Assembly: GCF_964194025.1 (NCBI RefSeq)
Contig: NC_134472.1
Coordinates: 31,434,001-31,498,000, forward strand
Direction: 5' to 3'
From: Convolutriloba macropyga
Lineage: Eukaryota
DNA: 64,000 nucleotides
Below the pieces are notes generated by a model. That model was not told the DNA's origin. It saw nothing but the letters and a program-made list of their open reading frames with translations, and made no database searches. Below, in pieces: positions 13,796 to 26,467 of this stretch; the first letter of the stretch is position 1, and every line of letters begins with the position of its first letter. The translations under genes were made by a program, and so were the position numbers.

Positions 13796-14446
13796 TTATT
13801 TAGCAACACCAACAATGGCGGGTCTTATAACCCTATCATGTAATTTATAGCCAACTTTCTGTACATTGATAATTGTTCCCGATTCCTTTCCCTCGACGGG
13901 TTGGTAAAAAACGGCTTCATGCTCGTGAGGGTTGAATGGTTGGTCAATTGGATCTATTTTGAGCAAACTGTGATTTGAAAAAACTTTCTGTAATTGAACT
14001 TCAGTCATTTTCAAACCGTTGAACAAGTCTCGCAGAGGTTCATGAGAATTTAATTGATCTTCTGATACGCTGTTGAGAGCTAAAGCAAGTGTATCTGAGA
14101 TGCCCAAAAGATCTTTGCTGAACTTCTGGATTCCAAAAGTTTTCGCTTCCTCAATCTTCTTGTTCAAACGGACCCTTTGATTCTCATTTTCTGCTATTGC
14201 TCGACGGTATTTATCATCTAAAGCCTTGCACTTTTCAACTTCTTTCGCGTGAGTTGTCTTTAGGGTTTCAACTTCCGATTTCAGAGCACTCACTTCGTCA
14301 CCCAAAGGAGCTTTTGAGTCTGTCTGTTCCGGAATTGACTCGTTGTCGACTGGATTTGAAGCCTTGGCAGCCGTTGAGCACAAACATCGCTGACAACTCC
14401 GATATGAGGCCGGAAAAAGGACTCGCTTGCAAATCGAGGATAACAT
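13796..14446 (-). CDS. GRPEL: Mitochondrial GrpE nucleotide-exchange factor, single coding exon
   Basis: Intact 216 aa ORF with N-terminal presequence and motifs YRRAIAENEN.R.R, FGIQKFSKDLL..SD, FNPHEHEA, GYKLHDRVIRPA.VGV. Confidence 0.97.
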   Translation of the reverse strand: MLSSICKRVLFPASYRSCQRCLCSTAAKASNPVDNESIPEQTDSKAPLGDEVSALKSEVETLKTTHAKEVEKCKALDDKYRRAIAENENQRVRLNKKIEEAKTFGIQKFSKDLLGISDTLALALNSVSEDQLNSHEPLRDLFNGLKMTEVQLQKVFSNHSLLKIDPIDQPFNPHEHEAVFYQPVEGKESGTIINVQKVGYKLHDRVIRPAIVGVAK

Positions 14447-17400
14447 GACTCAAAGTGTCATAAACGTTACAAAATCTGAAACATATCATAAAACTTGTAA
14501 CAAGAAAAGAGTCACATTTTACTTCGAATGAAAATCAGTTTTTGACTGCGTCCGAGTAGTCTCAATGGACATCAATCAATAGCAGTTTTCAAATTACGCT
14601 TATTTTCAAATAAAATTTCAAAGTAGTCACAAAATTATTGTAGCCTTATAATTATAACGCTTGGATAAACTTTATTCAGTTTCCTTTAAAGTTTAGATTC
14701 TCGGTTTAGCTTTAAATGCAGAAGTCATTTTATTGAGTGAGGTACTTAATGTATGCTCCAAAAAAACTTATCGGAAGACGAATTTAAAAAAGACAAAATT
14801 CGGAAGCAACTCGAAGCGTCAGACCTTAGCGAATAATAGGAATGTCAATCACTGCAGTCGGAACAGTCATTTTTGTCTTCAAACATATATTTCTTTCTTC
14901 GCCACATTAACTTTTTGACAAATTTTAACTCCTGTCGTAACAAGTTTCAGAACTGACATCGATGCAGCAAGCAAAAACAAGACAATTGAGCTAGCATTCC
15001 GAAACCAAGACAAAACTACCTGCAGACCTATATATACAGGCGCCACTTCATCCCCACGAGATGAAAACTCACAGAAATCTAGTAAAGGCAAATCGTTAGA
15101 AAACATCTGCAAACTATCGGAAATGTTTGATAACGTTAAAAAAGACGGTTTTAGGACGGAAAAAATCGAACAACCCGACATACGGGCGAATAATTGTGAC
15201 GAAACAATTAATCACAAAAGTTAACAACTTGGCAATCAATTTTATGGCCTAAAATTTACATTGGGAAAGCATGAGATAGATACAATCTTACAATATAAAT
15301 TGAATTTCAAAACCTAAAAATAAATTAAGGTCACAGCATATCAAATTTTTGTTTTGGCGTCGCAGCAATTCAAGAAACCTAACAGTTGGTTCCCTCTTGT
15401 TAGATATCTTTGAAGGGATTAATTCAATCTGAAGAGATTAATTGAATTACCAAAGCCCAACCCAAACTAAAACGGCAGAGCAAATAAAACTAAAGCTATG
15501 GTCACTCATTATAGATAATTTCGAGAAAACAGCCCACCACTAGGATTCTACATATTAAAACGTAAAAAATATTCATACTTCTAAAAAATGAGAAGTTAAA
15601 GTTGAAAGGGGTACACTTTACCAATACATATTGGATATTCATTAAATGTAATTAAATAATAAAACTCAAGGTTAGAGTTATTTTTCAAAATGCCAAAATA
15701 CTGCGATAATTGCCAATAAAGAACAAATTTTCATTGAACTTCAAACAGTTAACGCCAAAAAAGTAATTAAATTATCAAGAGCAAACAATGTAAATCTCTA
15801 ACCGAGTACATAAAGGCTCACTGCCCTAACCGCTCGCACAAAAAATTAAAAAATAGAGCATAAACCGCCAAATATTTTTGTATATGTACAGATTTACAAA
15901 AAAATAAGAGATCATGTAAAAACTGAAAAACGCAAGGTCTGATTGCATGAAAGAAAGGCCGTTACCATATACACTGATTATAAAATAAGTCCGTCTAAAG
16001 ATTCAAAAACTGCAGAAATTAAACATAACCGACTGACGTCGGAAGAATTGCTTTCAGACATGCGGCAAGCAATTGGCTTCAGTAGTAGTCAGCTTGGGCT
16101 TAAGCAATCCAGCAGTCGGGGCGCATTGAGAGCGAGGAGTTGGAGCGGAAGGGCAAATCTAAACCGCTAAAAACGCCTTTTTACCATTATTTCATGTCTT
16201 TTCGGCACTTCGGTGAATTGAACACATAGAGACCAGTAGAGCTCTAAACGAGCATCTATATGACTTAATACCATCCGGGCTTCACCTGTTTATCCCGCTT
16301 TTCAGGACAAAGTTAAAAGCGTCACACGAAAATTGGCATTAAAAAGACGACAGGACTTATATACTTGCAAAAAACTTCGTTTGAGAGCAATTAAGAAAAG
16401 CCCAAAAATAGTCAACAAAATTGAGAGATAGGAGCCGATTCTGATTTTAAAAAGCATTATGCGGCTCTCAGAAAACGGCTGCGATCTAAAACTACTATGT
16501 TAACAAAACCTAACTGCAAGCAAAAGACTTGAGACAAATCGGTGAAAAATGGCTAAAAGCGGTTGGCTTTATATGCACCATTCTAAAAAGACCTATTGAA
16601 AGGCATAACACATCATTAATTCAACGCAGCGCATGAACAATCTCTCAGAAAAAAATAAATCGCACGGCAAATTTACTTACTATCGCTTTTAGGGGGGATA
16701 TTAGGCAGAAACTCCCTTAGGCCAACGGAATCTCGATAGCAATTAGGTGAAAATCCTAAACTCAAGTTTTGGGGAAAATAATGCGAATACCAATTAAAAC
16801 ACTTGAAAGGAACTTCAAAATCCAATAGAAGCTGTAAAGTTAAAATTGCTGATCAATAGCTTTAATGTATATAATTTAGAACCACCGGCTTGAAAAAATG
16901 CACGGTAATTTGGGGGAGTTGGAGTAACTGTTTTTGAATGCTAGTTCTCTATGAGGATAAATGTTATAGATTCTTGACTTACTATAAGTCTTCTAATAGT
17001 TATTAGCCAAATTTTCATAAAACTTTATTTCCGAATTTTCGCCTAATTGCTACAAAAATTCCTTTCTTCTAAGATCTTACGCCCCGCTTCAAGTTCAAAA
17101 CGCCCTCTGAACACAGTACTTCCGGTAAAAAAAACTTCAGGTAAAGCTCAGGAAAACCAATACTCCTTTTAGAGTCGTATAAAAACCAAGATGAGTCTAA
17201 AAATAGCCTTGCTATCGCTTCGCGGGTATTAATCAGAAACACTTTAAGCTTAGATTGTCCAGAAAAAATTATCGAACTCAATTTCAATTCTTTCAGTAAT
17301 TCAGGATCAACAGAAGAACCAAAATAAAATCAACTTTTTCAGGCATTAGGGACTTTGACTTTGTATAATTTAGACAACGACGATATCAAATTGGGGTCGC

Positions 17401-17677
17401 CAACGGGCTGACGATGACTGGGATAGATAGTTGAAGAGTGAACGTGCACTATAAAGAGCTACATCTGTTTCAAATACAATTTATCAGGAAATTTAAAAAA
17501 CCGGCAGACCACTATTCATAAATTTGACAATAAATTTCTTTCATTTGAGGTTTCAAACAAACACAGATAGGTTACTATACAATGCGGTCTACCGGCAACA
17601 GTCATACAAATAAACAAAATCAGGCAGAATGTCAAAACAAATTAAGGAAAGCTTAACAAAACTGCTCATAACAGCCT

Positions 17678-18336
17678 CTATTTGTCCTTTTTGCTTTCAT
17701 CATCACCATCATTATCCTCATTGTCAGCGTTGTCTGTAGCTTCTTCAGTAGCAGCTTCTTCGCTGGACTCTTTCGACTCGGTTTTCTGTCCCTTCCTATT
17801 GTTCTTTCCAGAACCCGAGGCCGATTCACCTTCAGTCGGCTCTTTATTATCAGTCTTCGATTCAGCCTGCTCGATCTGCTCACCAGTGACACCAAACTCA
17901 TTGGTTCTGGTCTTGTCAACTGGATAGATCCACTTCTGGTAGAGGAAAATGAAGAAAATGACGTCATCTCTGAGACATCCAATTCTATACAATGTCGGCA
18001 TCTGGATCACGAACGCAAAAATGTCATCTATGAACGTGTTCAAAGCCTTGTAGGTCAGCATTCTCCAAGGAAGATGAGCGACTGACTTCATCTTGTAGTT
18101 GATGAATAGTTGTGGCGTCATCATGATGAAGCCAAAGGTAAGCAGGAATCCGTACATCATACCTAGTACATATGAGTACCAGCCTTTGTGTTCGTTGTAG
18201 ACCAGAGAGTAGATAGAGTAGCCAAAAAGAAGTGGAATGAAGAGAACTCCAAGGTATTTGAAAGCCATCCGATCATATTTCTTTGTGGGCGATTCCTTGT
18301 ACGACGATTTTTCCTCAAACTTCAGAGGAATGAAGC
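17678..18336 (-). CDS. CLPTM1: CLPTM1 coding exon 3 (joined CDS 977+308+659 = 1944 nt, 647 aa)
   Basis: Acceptor atttttag; reads PQLFINYKMKSVAHLPWRMLTYKALNTFIDD.FAFVI...RDD...YQKWIYPVD.TR.NEFG; acidic tail. Confidence 0.95.
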
Positions 18337-18521
18337 CTAAAAATATGAGACTTAAGTTTTTGTTAGGAGAATGATGTAACTGAACAGCCAAAATACCTAT
18401 CAAAATAGAAATGATTAAATTAAAACATTAGGATATAGCTAATTTTGACTACTTTATTGAAATGAATAGCAGACATTTTAATAACAAAAGCGGGTATATC
18501 TACGCAAGATTATTATCTTAC

Positions 18522-18829
18522 CCCATGTCAAGGATTCCGTGGAGAATGTCACATGCACAACTTTTGTGATCTTCCACAACTCAATAAGTAGCCCGATTCC
18601 GCAACTTATTTGAACAACTGTGTTCGTCTCATTGTCCAAGACATACAACACCACAATTAGGGATTGGAATACATTGAAGAAAACGGAGCGCACGGAAAGC
18701 CCTTCCAGTGACTCTCTGGTTCGCCAAAACTGAATGTCGTTTTTGAAAGCCAGGAACTCAAAAACGCTGTGAATGATTGAGACTATTATAGTCAAACCAA
18801 GCAGATACGGGTTCGTATCTAACAACGCT
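18522..18829 (-). CDS. CLPTM1: CLPTM1 coding exon 2
   Basis: Acceptor tttgttttag; reads ALLDTNPYLLGLT...FEFLAFKNDIQFW...LEGLSVRSV; donor G|GTAAGA. Phases match the neighbouring exons. Confidence 0.95.
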
Positions 18830-19199
18830 CTAAAACAAATAGCATCTTGTTATCCTGAAGGTATGTTGGCGCACAACACCACCTGTATCACCTAACTATC
18901 CTAACTATTACAAACGGATAAAAAGCAAATGAAGTTGGATATCATTACATTCATATACACAAGTAATGCAATGACAATACTTTTGATTGTTTTCCAAAAA
19001 ACCTAAATGTAGATCAAAATTTTTCGCGCAATTATCATAGATCACCAGAACAAGGCGTGGTTTAGCTAAGCACTTTACCCCCCCCCCCCCAGCTGAGCTA
19101 AGCAATTTACACACCCCCCCCCCCCCCCCCAGCTTAGTGGGAATATATGTTTTATGACCACCAGGCGAACGTGCATTACTTTTACATATATTTTTTTAA

Positions 19200-22101
19200 T
19201 CTTCAAAAATGTAAATTCAAAGTTATAACCACAACAAAAACGTTTGGTTAAATATTTACATTTTCGAAATCGCCTCGCAAATATATGAATAGTTTGGTCT
19301 TTTATACTTCAGTAGAAAAAATTCCTAAAGCCTCTTACTTGTCTATCTATTGGAACACGTTCATGCAGTTTGACCATTTCGCTGCTTAGTTTTTCCTTAA
19401 ATTTATTTTCTTTTCGCATTTCCTTAAATTTATTTTCTATTTAGTCTTCTCTTTTCGCATTTCAAATGCCAAACTATTCCACTTCCTAGGAAAATTTCTG
19501 ATCAGAGACCTGTCACTCTAATTGGATTGGCACTTATTCTTTGGAAAAAACTGGACAGTTCTGGAGTTTTTGGTCAATTCGTAGTTTTCAAAAATCCTGA
19601 AAGAGGAGTTTTTGGTTTCTTGACTGCTCTCTTTATATTGTGAGAGGAGGTCAAAAAATTCAAGAAGACAAACTTTTTTGATGAAAAGCTCTGCTGGCAA
19701 AATTTTGTCTTTCAATAATACATCTCTTGCACTGTCAAACTTTTTGCGCAGGTGGCAAACCTTTATTCCCCAATTTATTTGTCTATTAACTCTATGAAGT
19801 GACATAAACGACAACGATTGAAAAAAAATGCACTAAAATTGAGATGGGACAAAACAAGTGATTTAAAAAGACCGATTCTGGCTTTTAGTGGTAGGAAATG
19901 TCTTGCTAAGTAAATTGAACTAATAGCATTTGCCATTTTTGTTAACGTTTTTTTAGATGAATAACAAAATTTAGATTGTTATCAATCATTATACCTAAAT
20001 AACGACAACTTGTTTTTGGCTCTATGAAAATTCCATTATAATGAATTTGTTCAATTTTTGATTCACCATTTTTTGAAAATACCACAATTTCTGTTTTATC
20101 TCGGTTTGAAGTTAGCATATTTTGCCTCATACAACTGTCAGTATTTTTAAATACACTGCTAATTTCGCATAGGAGATTTTCATTGGATTTGGAATGACAA
20201 ATAATGCATGTGTCATCTGCAAACTTTAAAACGTCCTCTTTTTTTCATTTTTTCTGGGAAATCGTTGATATACATTATAAAAATTAAATGTCCGAGAACT
20301 GTTCCTTGAGGTACTCCGTGATTGATTGTCACCCAGTTCGAATATTCAATGCCGTTCTTTACGCATTGTTTTCTGTCAGACAAAAACGATTCTAGCATTG
20401 CAATTGATTCCGTATTAAATCCATATTTTGTAATTTTTTCGAGAAACAATTTGAGATATCGAGTTAAAAGCTTTGGCTAAATCCAAGAATATACTAACAA
20501 CGGTTTCGTTTTCTTCTAACAAACTGTTTACTCATTCTGTCAACGATATTACTGTCTTTTCAGAAACCCAAACTAATTTTTATTGATTATTTCATACTTT
20601 TCAACATGTTCTAGCATTTGTTGGAGCAAAGTCTGTCAATAATTTTTGCAAGAGTTCGTGTAACTGAAACTGGTCTGTAGTTTTCTGCTTCCAGTGGATC
20701 AACTTTTTTGTAAATTGGAGTTACATATGCTTTTTTAAGTACGTCGGGAAAATTATTTTTTGATATGCATTCGTTTATTGCAAATTGTAGATGTGTTCCA
20801 ATAGACACTTTGCTACACTTGAAGGACCATGTAGTAAGTAATCCAGGACCCGCTGCTTTATTTTGTGGTAATTGATCAATTACAGTAAACAGTTCTTTTC
20901 TCCTTATGTCTGAAGGAAAACTCAGTTTTGTCAAAAGCATAGTCAGGTAGCTCAACCTTTTCTGTCTCGCCTTCGTATAAACCTAATTTAGAAAAATAAA
21001 TATTAAATGTGTTAGCGATTTCTTTTTTGTCTTTTAAAATATCTTGGTTGAACCGAACTCCGAACGTTTGCTTCTTCCTTCCAAAAATTGAAAAGCCTGT
21101 GCTTTTCGGATAAGATTCAAAATTTCTCTGGATAACCATTTCTTTTTTGTTGATTTTGACGATGACTCTACTATTTTAATGGGAGCTATATTATTCAGAA
21201 AATTGTCGAACACATTTGAAAATTTTTCAAAAGTTTGGTTTGCATTGTTTTGTTGATACGTGGGACTCCAACCCGCTGATGCAATTTTTTTGTTAAGATT
21301 AGCTCTAGTAAATTTGCTAGTATCCCGGTAAAAAACTGCGTTTTGTTGTTTTTATAATCAATGTCGTGACGAAAAAGAAAACTTGTATTAAATGATCACT
21401 TCCAAATAACTGCACGATAACAGTTGTATCAAAAACTTGGTGTTTTGTTGTTAAACAGTGATCAATCAGTGTTTCCTGATTTCCATTTGTCCAGGTTGGA
21501 GTATTTTTATTTACTATCTCAAGCCCATTGTTGGAAGCAAATTCTGTCAATAACTCTCTCTTTGATTGAAAAAATTGATGTTATAGTCTCCGAATGGTAT
21601 TGCATTATCTGTTATTGAATATGCGCCCGAAATTTCTGATGTCAACTCTTCTAGAAAAATTTCGGAACAATAAGAAACGTTTACTACAAGTTTTTCCTTA
21701 AACGGTGCTTGTATTTCAAGCCATAGTGATTCAAAAAAACTTCTGTTAATAGAGTTGAGATCATTCCGTATTTTATGTTTGAATGTATTTGGTACCCATA
21801 TTCCTACTCGATCACCTCTCGTTAACTGCGTCAATTTTGATCTACTTTGATGAACAAAGTGGTGATTGTTGCTTAAAAAATTTAAGGGTATCTTCTGATT
21901 ATCGTTTATCCATGTTTCAGTAACAATAAAGCATGTTTGTCTCTTCTGCTGTTGCAAAAGATCCGAGATTTCTTTGTGTTTGTTGTTAACGCTTCTAATA
22001 TTTGTGTATACAAAACATGGATGCAAGTTTGCATTTGCCTTATGTTTTTCGTAGCCTTCGAATGTTTGTAAATTAAGTAAATTGGGCCCTGGATTAGATA
22101 C
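19200..22101 (-). mobile_element. Decayed APE-type LINE inside CLPTM1 intron 1, same sense as the gene
   Basis: Fragments YTNIRSV..TETW..GDYNINF (endonuclease), TLIDH, KAAGPG, ENYRPVSV, HGVPQGTVLG, FADD-like, YLGIMID. The 3' boundary is approximate. Confidence 0.9.
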
Positions 22102-22276
22102 GTGCTATATACAACATAATTTTTAACTGGGGGTCATAAAAAACACTGGGGGGGGGAGGCGAAACAGATTAGATCCGATCATTTGATCGCGGATCCATGT
22201 GAAAACTGCAAGAGTACTTTGTTTTAAATCGTTATCTCATAAAATCATGCGATTTTTAAAACGTCATCACACACAC

Positions 22277-23253
22277 CTTTTGAATGTATCCTGATCGGCA
22301 TCGTTACTCTGGTCCTCCATTAGATACATTGACCAATGATTTCGCATTGACTGTGCGGCATACATTTGCCACCTGAACAGAGACAGAGGTGCAAAAGAAA
22401 GCTGGAAATTGATTTCACTCACAGTCTCATTCAGAGGCATGAAATCGGAATTCAAATTCCAATAGTCATTGAAGAATACAATTGGATAGTAATCTCCAAA
22501 CTCGTCAAACAAAATAAATTTGTCTAGCGGTGAGGGTACTTGACCTTGTTTCCACGGAGTGTGATCATCGACAACATTAATGGTATAATTGGGGTGAAAA
22601 TGTGATAAGATCTCGATACGATGAGTTTCATTCTCTCCCAGTTGTTGCTCAGGGGGTGCTTCGGTGTCGCCTGTAAGAAGATTTTTTGTCTTTTTGAACT
22701 CACGTTTTTTGAACTTTGTGATAGCTTTGGATCGGTAAATAACTTTACTCTTATCATAATCTTTTGATTGAGGATTATGACTAGCTCCTTCTTTTGTTAG
22801 GTACACATGGAGATATATTGTCCCATTATTTTGGACTGATGCCGGTACAGGATACGCATATTCCATAGAATAGGTAGAATCTTTATTGGGACCAGCATAC
22901 CAATCCCCATATTCTAATTCTTCTAGTTTCCAGTCAGGATCAGATGATTCGAAATTGAGAGGCAAAGTTTCCAGGTCATTGATATACACAAAAACGCTCA
23001 TTGGAACTCCTTTAGGGAAAATATTTTGCCCGGGTCTCAAAGGAACTGCAACTTCTTTTCCATCGGGTCCAATTTTTCCTTGCTGTGTCGTATTGTTTTG
23101 TGAGCCTCCTCGAAAGAAACTCATCACAAAGTACATTATCATCATTCTGGTGGCAAAGCTTTTAAACATTGCCCATCCTGACTGCTGCTGTTGCTGCCCG
23201 TTTTGGTCGTTGTTTTGAGCTGCTGCCGCCTCATTTGCAACAGCCTCAGGCAT
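22277..23253 (-). CDS. CLPTM1: CLPTM1-family lipid scramblase, coding exon 1
   Basis: Motifs VQNNGTIYLHVY, KKTKNLLTG, YYPIVFFNDYWNL, LSLFRWQMY, DQDTFK. Donor AAG|GTGTGT (phase 2) after 22277. Confidence 0.93.
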
Positions 23254-23291
23254 TTTCTTCCCTGAAGGTGAGATATTATTATAAGTTTGTT

Positions 23292-24061
23292 GGATCTATT
23301 GTTTCGCCCCCTCCCCAGTAGTTTATGCCGCCAATGGTTTGTTATGGTTTGTTATACAGCACGTAAAAAAATATCTTGTGAGGGGTCGTAAAAGTTATAT
23401 GCCCACTATGCTGGTCGGCCGAAACAGAAAAGCTCCAGCTTGCTTCATAGCTAAAATGGCTCAATCTCTGGGTCTTTTCCATTATGTCCCCCCTCCCATT
23501 ATGGTATATTTGCCATGATTAGGAGGGGGGCTATAGGTTAACTGACCACTGATCGGGGGGGGGGGGGCTATAATGGAAAAAACCCATCTTTAAGTGAAAA
23601 CGGGACTGATGGCAAAAAAGTATCGCAGAACAAGTATTGAAACGTCTGCAAAATTATATGCTAGAATGTTAGGAACCCCAGCAGACAGAAGTTTTGAGTC
23701 ACAAAGTTTTTGAAAGAAACAATCTGCAAGCAGTTCCTTTTGACAAAGGCACCTGATTAAACAATATATGAAAAAGTATCATTAATTAAGTAATTACAGC
23801 ACCAAAAGCCCCCTCCAAATGCATTAAACATAAACCGACTCATGTCGGAAAAGTTTCTCTCCAATGACAAGCGGCGCAATTTAATTCAGGGGCTGTAGCC
23901 TAGATAAATTTTTCTGGATTTTTCCCCATCTCAGTGGGCGCATAGTATTTGCACCCCCAGACGCACGTGCCATTTTTTTAGATAATGGTTTACTATGTGA
24001 TGGCACGTGCTCTGTAACTGGGGGGCGCATAACGTACTGGGGGTACAAACGGAAAAGATCC
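23292..24061. mobile_element. MITE bounded by GGATCT...AGATCC imperfect TIRs, with a nested small palindromic element at 23470-23585
   Basis: Left end ggatctattgtttcgccccctccccagtagtttatgc...agcacgt; right end acgtgct...gcataacgtactgggggtacaaacggaaaagatcc. No clear TSD. Confidence 0.65.
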
Positions 24062-24084
24062 ATTTTTCTTTATGCGTGTTAAAA

Positions 24085-24173
24085 CTTCAGACGCAGGTAG
24101 GCTTCGAAACCCAACCTCCTGAGTCCGATTCTGTCACCTCGACAGAGTCGAAAGCCACTCGGCTATCAGTACC
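24085..24173 (-). mobile_element. tRNA-derived SINE-like element
   Basis: Minus strand A-box TAGCCGAGTGG and B-box GGTTTCGAAGCC. Confidence 0.5.
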
Positions 24174-24852
24174 TTATCATAGTCTCTCTAACAATCGGTT
24201 TTGTTTGAACAACAACTTTATTTCTAAATGAGAGCAATTGAAATTCAAAAATCAAGAAGTGTGTTAAAAAGTCACTTAATAAGTAAAAATAACCTAGTAG
24301 CGCAAAACGGTCGAGCGAAAAATTTGCAAAAAAAAAGACGAGCAATAATTGTTTCTTTCGACAGCAATTAATAACCTATTACAAGGAGGCAGTAACGCGA
24401 AAAACTATTTAGGACAAATTCAACGGAAAACCTGATTCACTATTTCGATAATTTGAACATAACCGACTAACGTCGGGCGAATTCCTCTCAAACGACCGGC
24501 AAGCGCTTGGGGTTTCAGCTGTGGGAGGGAAAGATGTGGTGGTGGGGGGGGGGGGTCAAAATCTAAAACCCCCACCTTCACACGATAAGTATGTCTCCAA
24601 AACAGTTTCTGTGAGTCGCATACTTGTAGACTAGTGAGCTGAAAGGCATCAGAACCGAATGCCCACTGAACGCTACGAATATGTAAGCACATGAATCTTA
24701 GCGGCCAGTGGCTCTTAGTTACCTGACACGACGGCAATTGTTCCATAGTTCTGGGCACAAGGCTCGAGGGGGCTAAGATTCATGTGCTAACTTATTTGAG
24801 AACCAAAGGGTACGAAGGGTGTTAAACTTTAATTAAAATTAAGAGTACAGTT

Positions 24853-25400
24853 TTGCAAATTATTAAACGAGAACTTTTCGTTAATAACAGAATACAGCGA
24901 AACATGGAACGGTTTCAACGAAAGCTTGTGTCCTGGATAACAAATAGCAAGACACTGAGTTACATCGAAAAACTACGTTTGTCAAATCTACTACCCTTGC
25001 CAATGTACTATCAGCTCAATGATCTTCTACTACTATCAAGTCTTCAACAAATTCAACCGACAAATACAAAACAGCCGGTGCTGCCTGGAAACAGATCAAT
25101 GAGAAGAGACGATTACTTTGACTTAACGAAAAAACGACTCGAAAAATCTCGCTGCGAATTCTTCTTTCGCACCCAAAGGATAGCCAACAGACTTCATCAC
25201 AGCATTGACTTCGGAAATCAACACGGCCTAAAACACAGATTTCTAAAGCAGATGTGGAATTATAACATGATGCGGTACAAACCAGAAAACGTCTGCACGT
25301 GGCAGATCTGTTGTGACTGTCAACACTGCAGAGAAACATGGACTAATTTTCTGTAACTGTTTTGATCGGGAGAAATCCCTTCTGTAAAAAAATCCCCAAT

Positions 25401-25431
<31 letters not shown>

Positions 25432-25433
25432 GC
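24853..25433 (+). mobile_element. 5'-truncated LINE 3' end with (AAC)n tail
   Basis: ORF ERFQRK...SY.EKL..NLLPL...DLL...FFFR..R..N.L resembles a CR1-group ORF2 C-terminus. Followed by ~10 AAC repeats at 25400-25433. Confidence 0.8.
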
Positions 25434-26467
25434 AACTGGTTTATTATTTTTATCATATTATAATTTTTTTTATTTGCGGTCAATCATGTTTTACCACAAA
25501 ATTTTACAATTTTGAATATACCCCCTTAACTATAACACCCTATCAGAAACTTATTCACAAACCTTTCCAACGCTAATTGAAAGGTTGCTGGGAAAGAGGG
25601 GATTGGCGGTGGGGGTTGGGAGTATTTGGAGAATCCTTTTAAATGTTGTCAATGATCCAAATGTTTCCGTTTCCAAGGCGAAGCAATTGCTATCCTTTCA
25701 GATTGTGATGGGAATTATCAATAGTATTAGTTGGTTTGGCCTCAACACCTAAACTTATGCTCCTTAATGCGAGCGGGCCGCTAAGTTTGAGCGGCTAAGT
25801 TGGGGCCGCTAAGTTAGGGCCGCAAAACTTAGCATTCCACTTTTTCATGTGCTAATTGCTAGTTGCTTATGCCTTTAATTTTTAGCGACCAAAACTTTGT
25901 ACCCTGCGTTCTCTACTTCTTTATTCTGTTTCTGAGGATCGAAAAATAGCTTAAAAAATATTTTTCATGACGAGTGCTAAGATTGTTTTCCATGATGATA
26001 TTCGAGTCTGCAACTTCTAGTTTTCTGGCTCCGTTGGTAACTGTGAGTGTCACAGATATAATTAAAAAAGGTGTACAAAAAACCTTGGGTTTCAAGATTA
26101 TAGATTTCGTTTAAAAAAGATTAATTACCTGATTTATGACTGATACAAGGTTGATAGGTGTCAGAAAAAAATAGACATTTGATTATAAAAAGATCGGTTT
26201 CTAACCAAATCAACGAAACTGACATCTCTGTATTGACTTCCTTAAATTACCTCGATGATAGAACTGATATTAGTTATCGACCAAAGCGAGGGTTAAATTC
26301 ATTCATTGAGCACCAACCTACCATCAATGCTAACCACTCTGTTAAATCTTACTTTATTTAACCCAAAAAATCTTCAACATTAATGTGCTTAATAATTTTT
26401 ATCATACCTTTGCATTTTAAACAAGTACCACGCTCAGTTAGCCAAAAACATAAACCGTTGCGTACGT

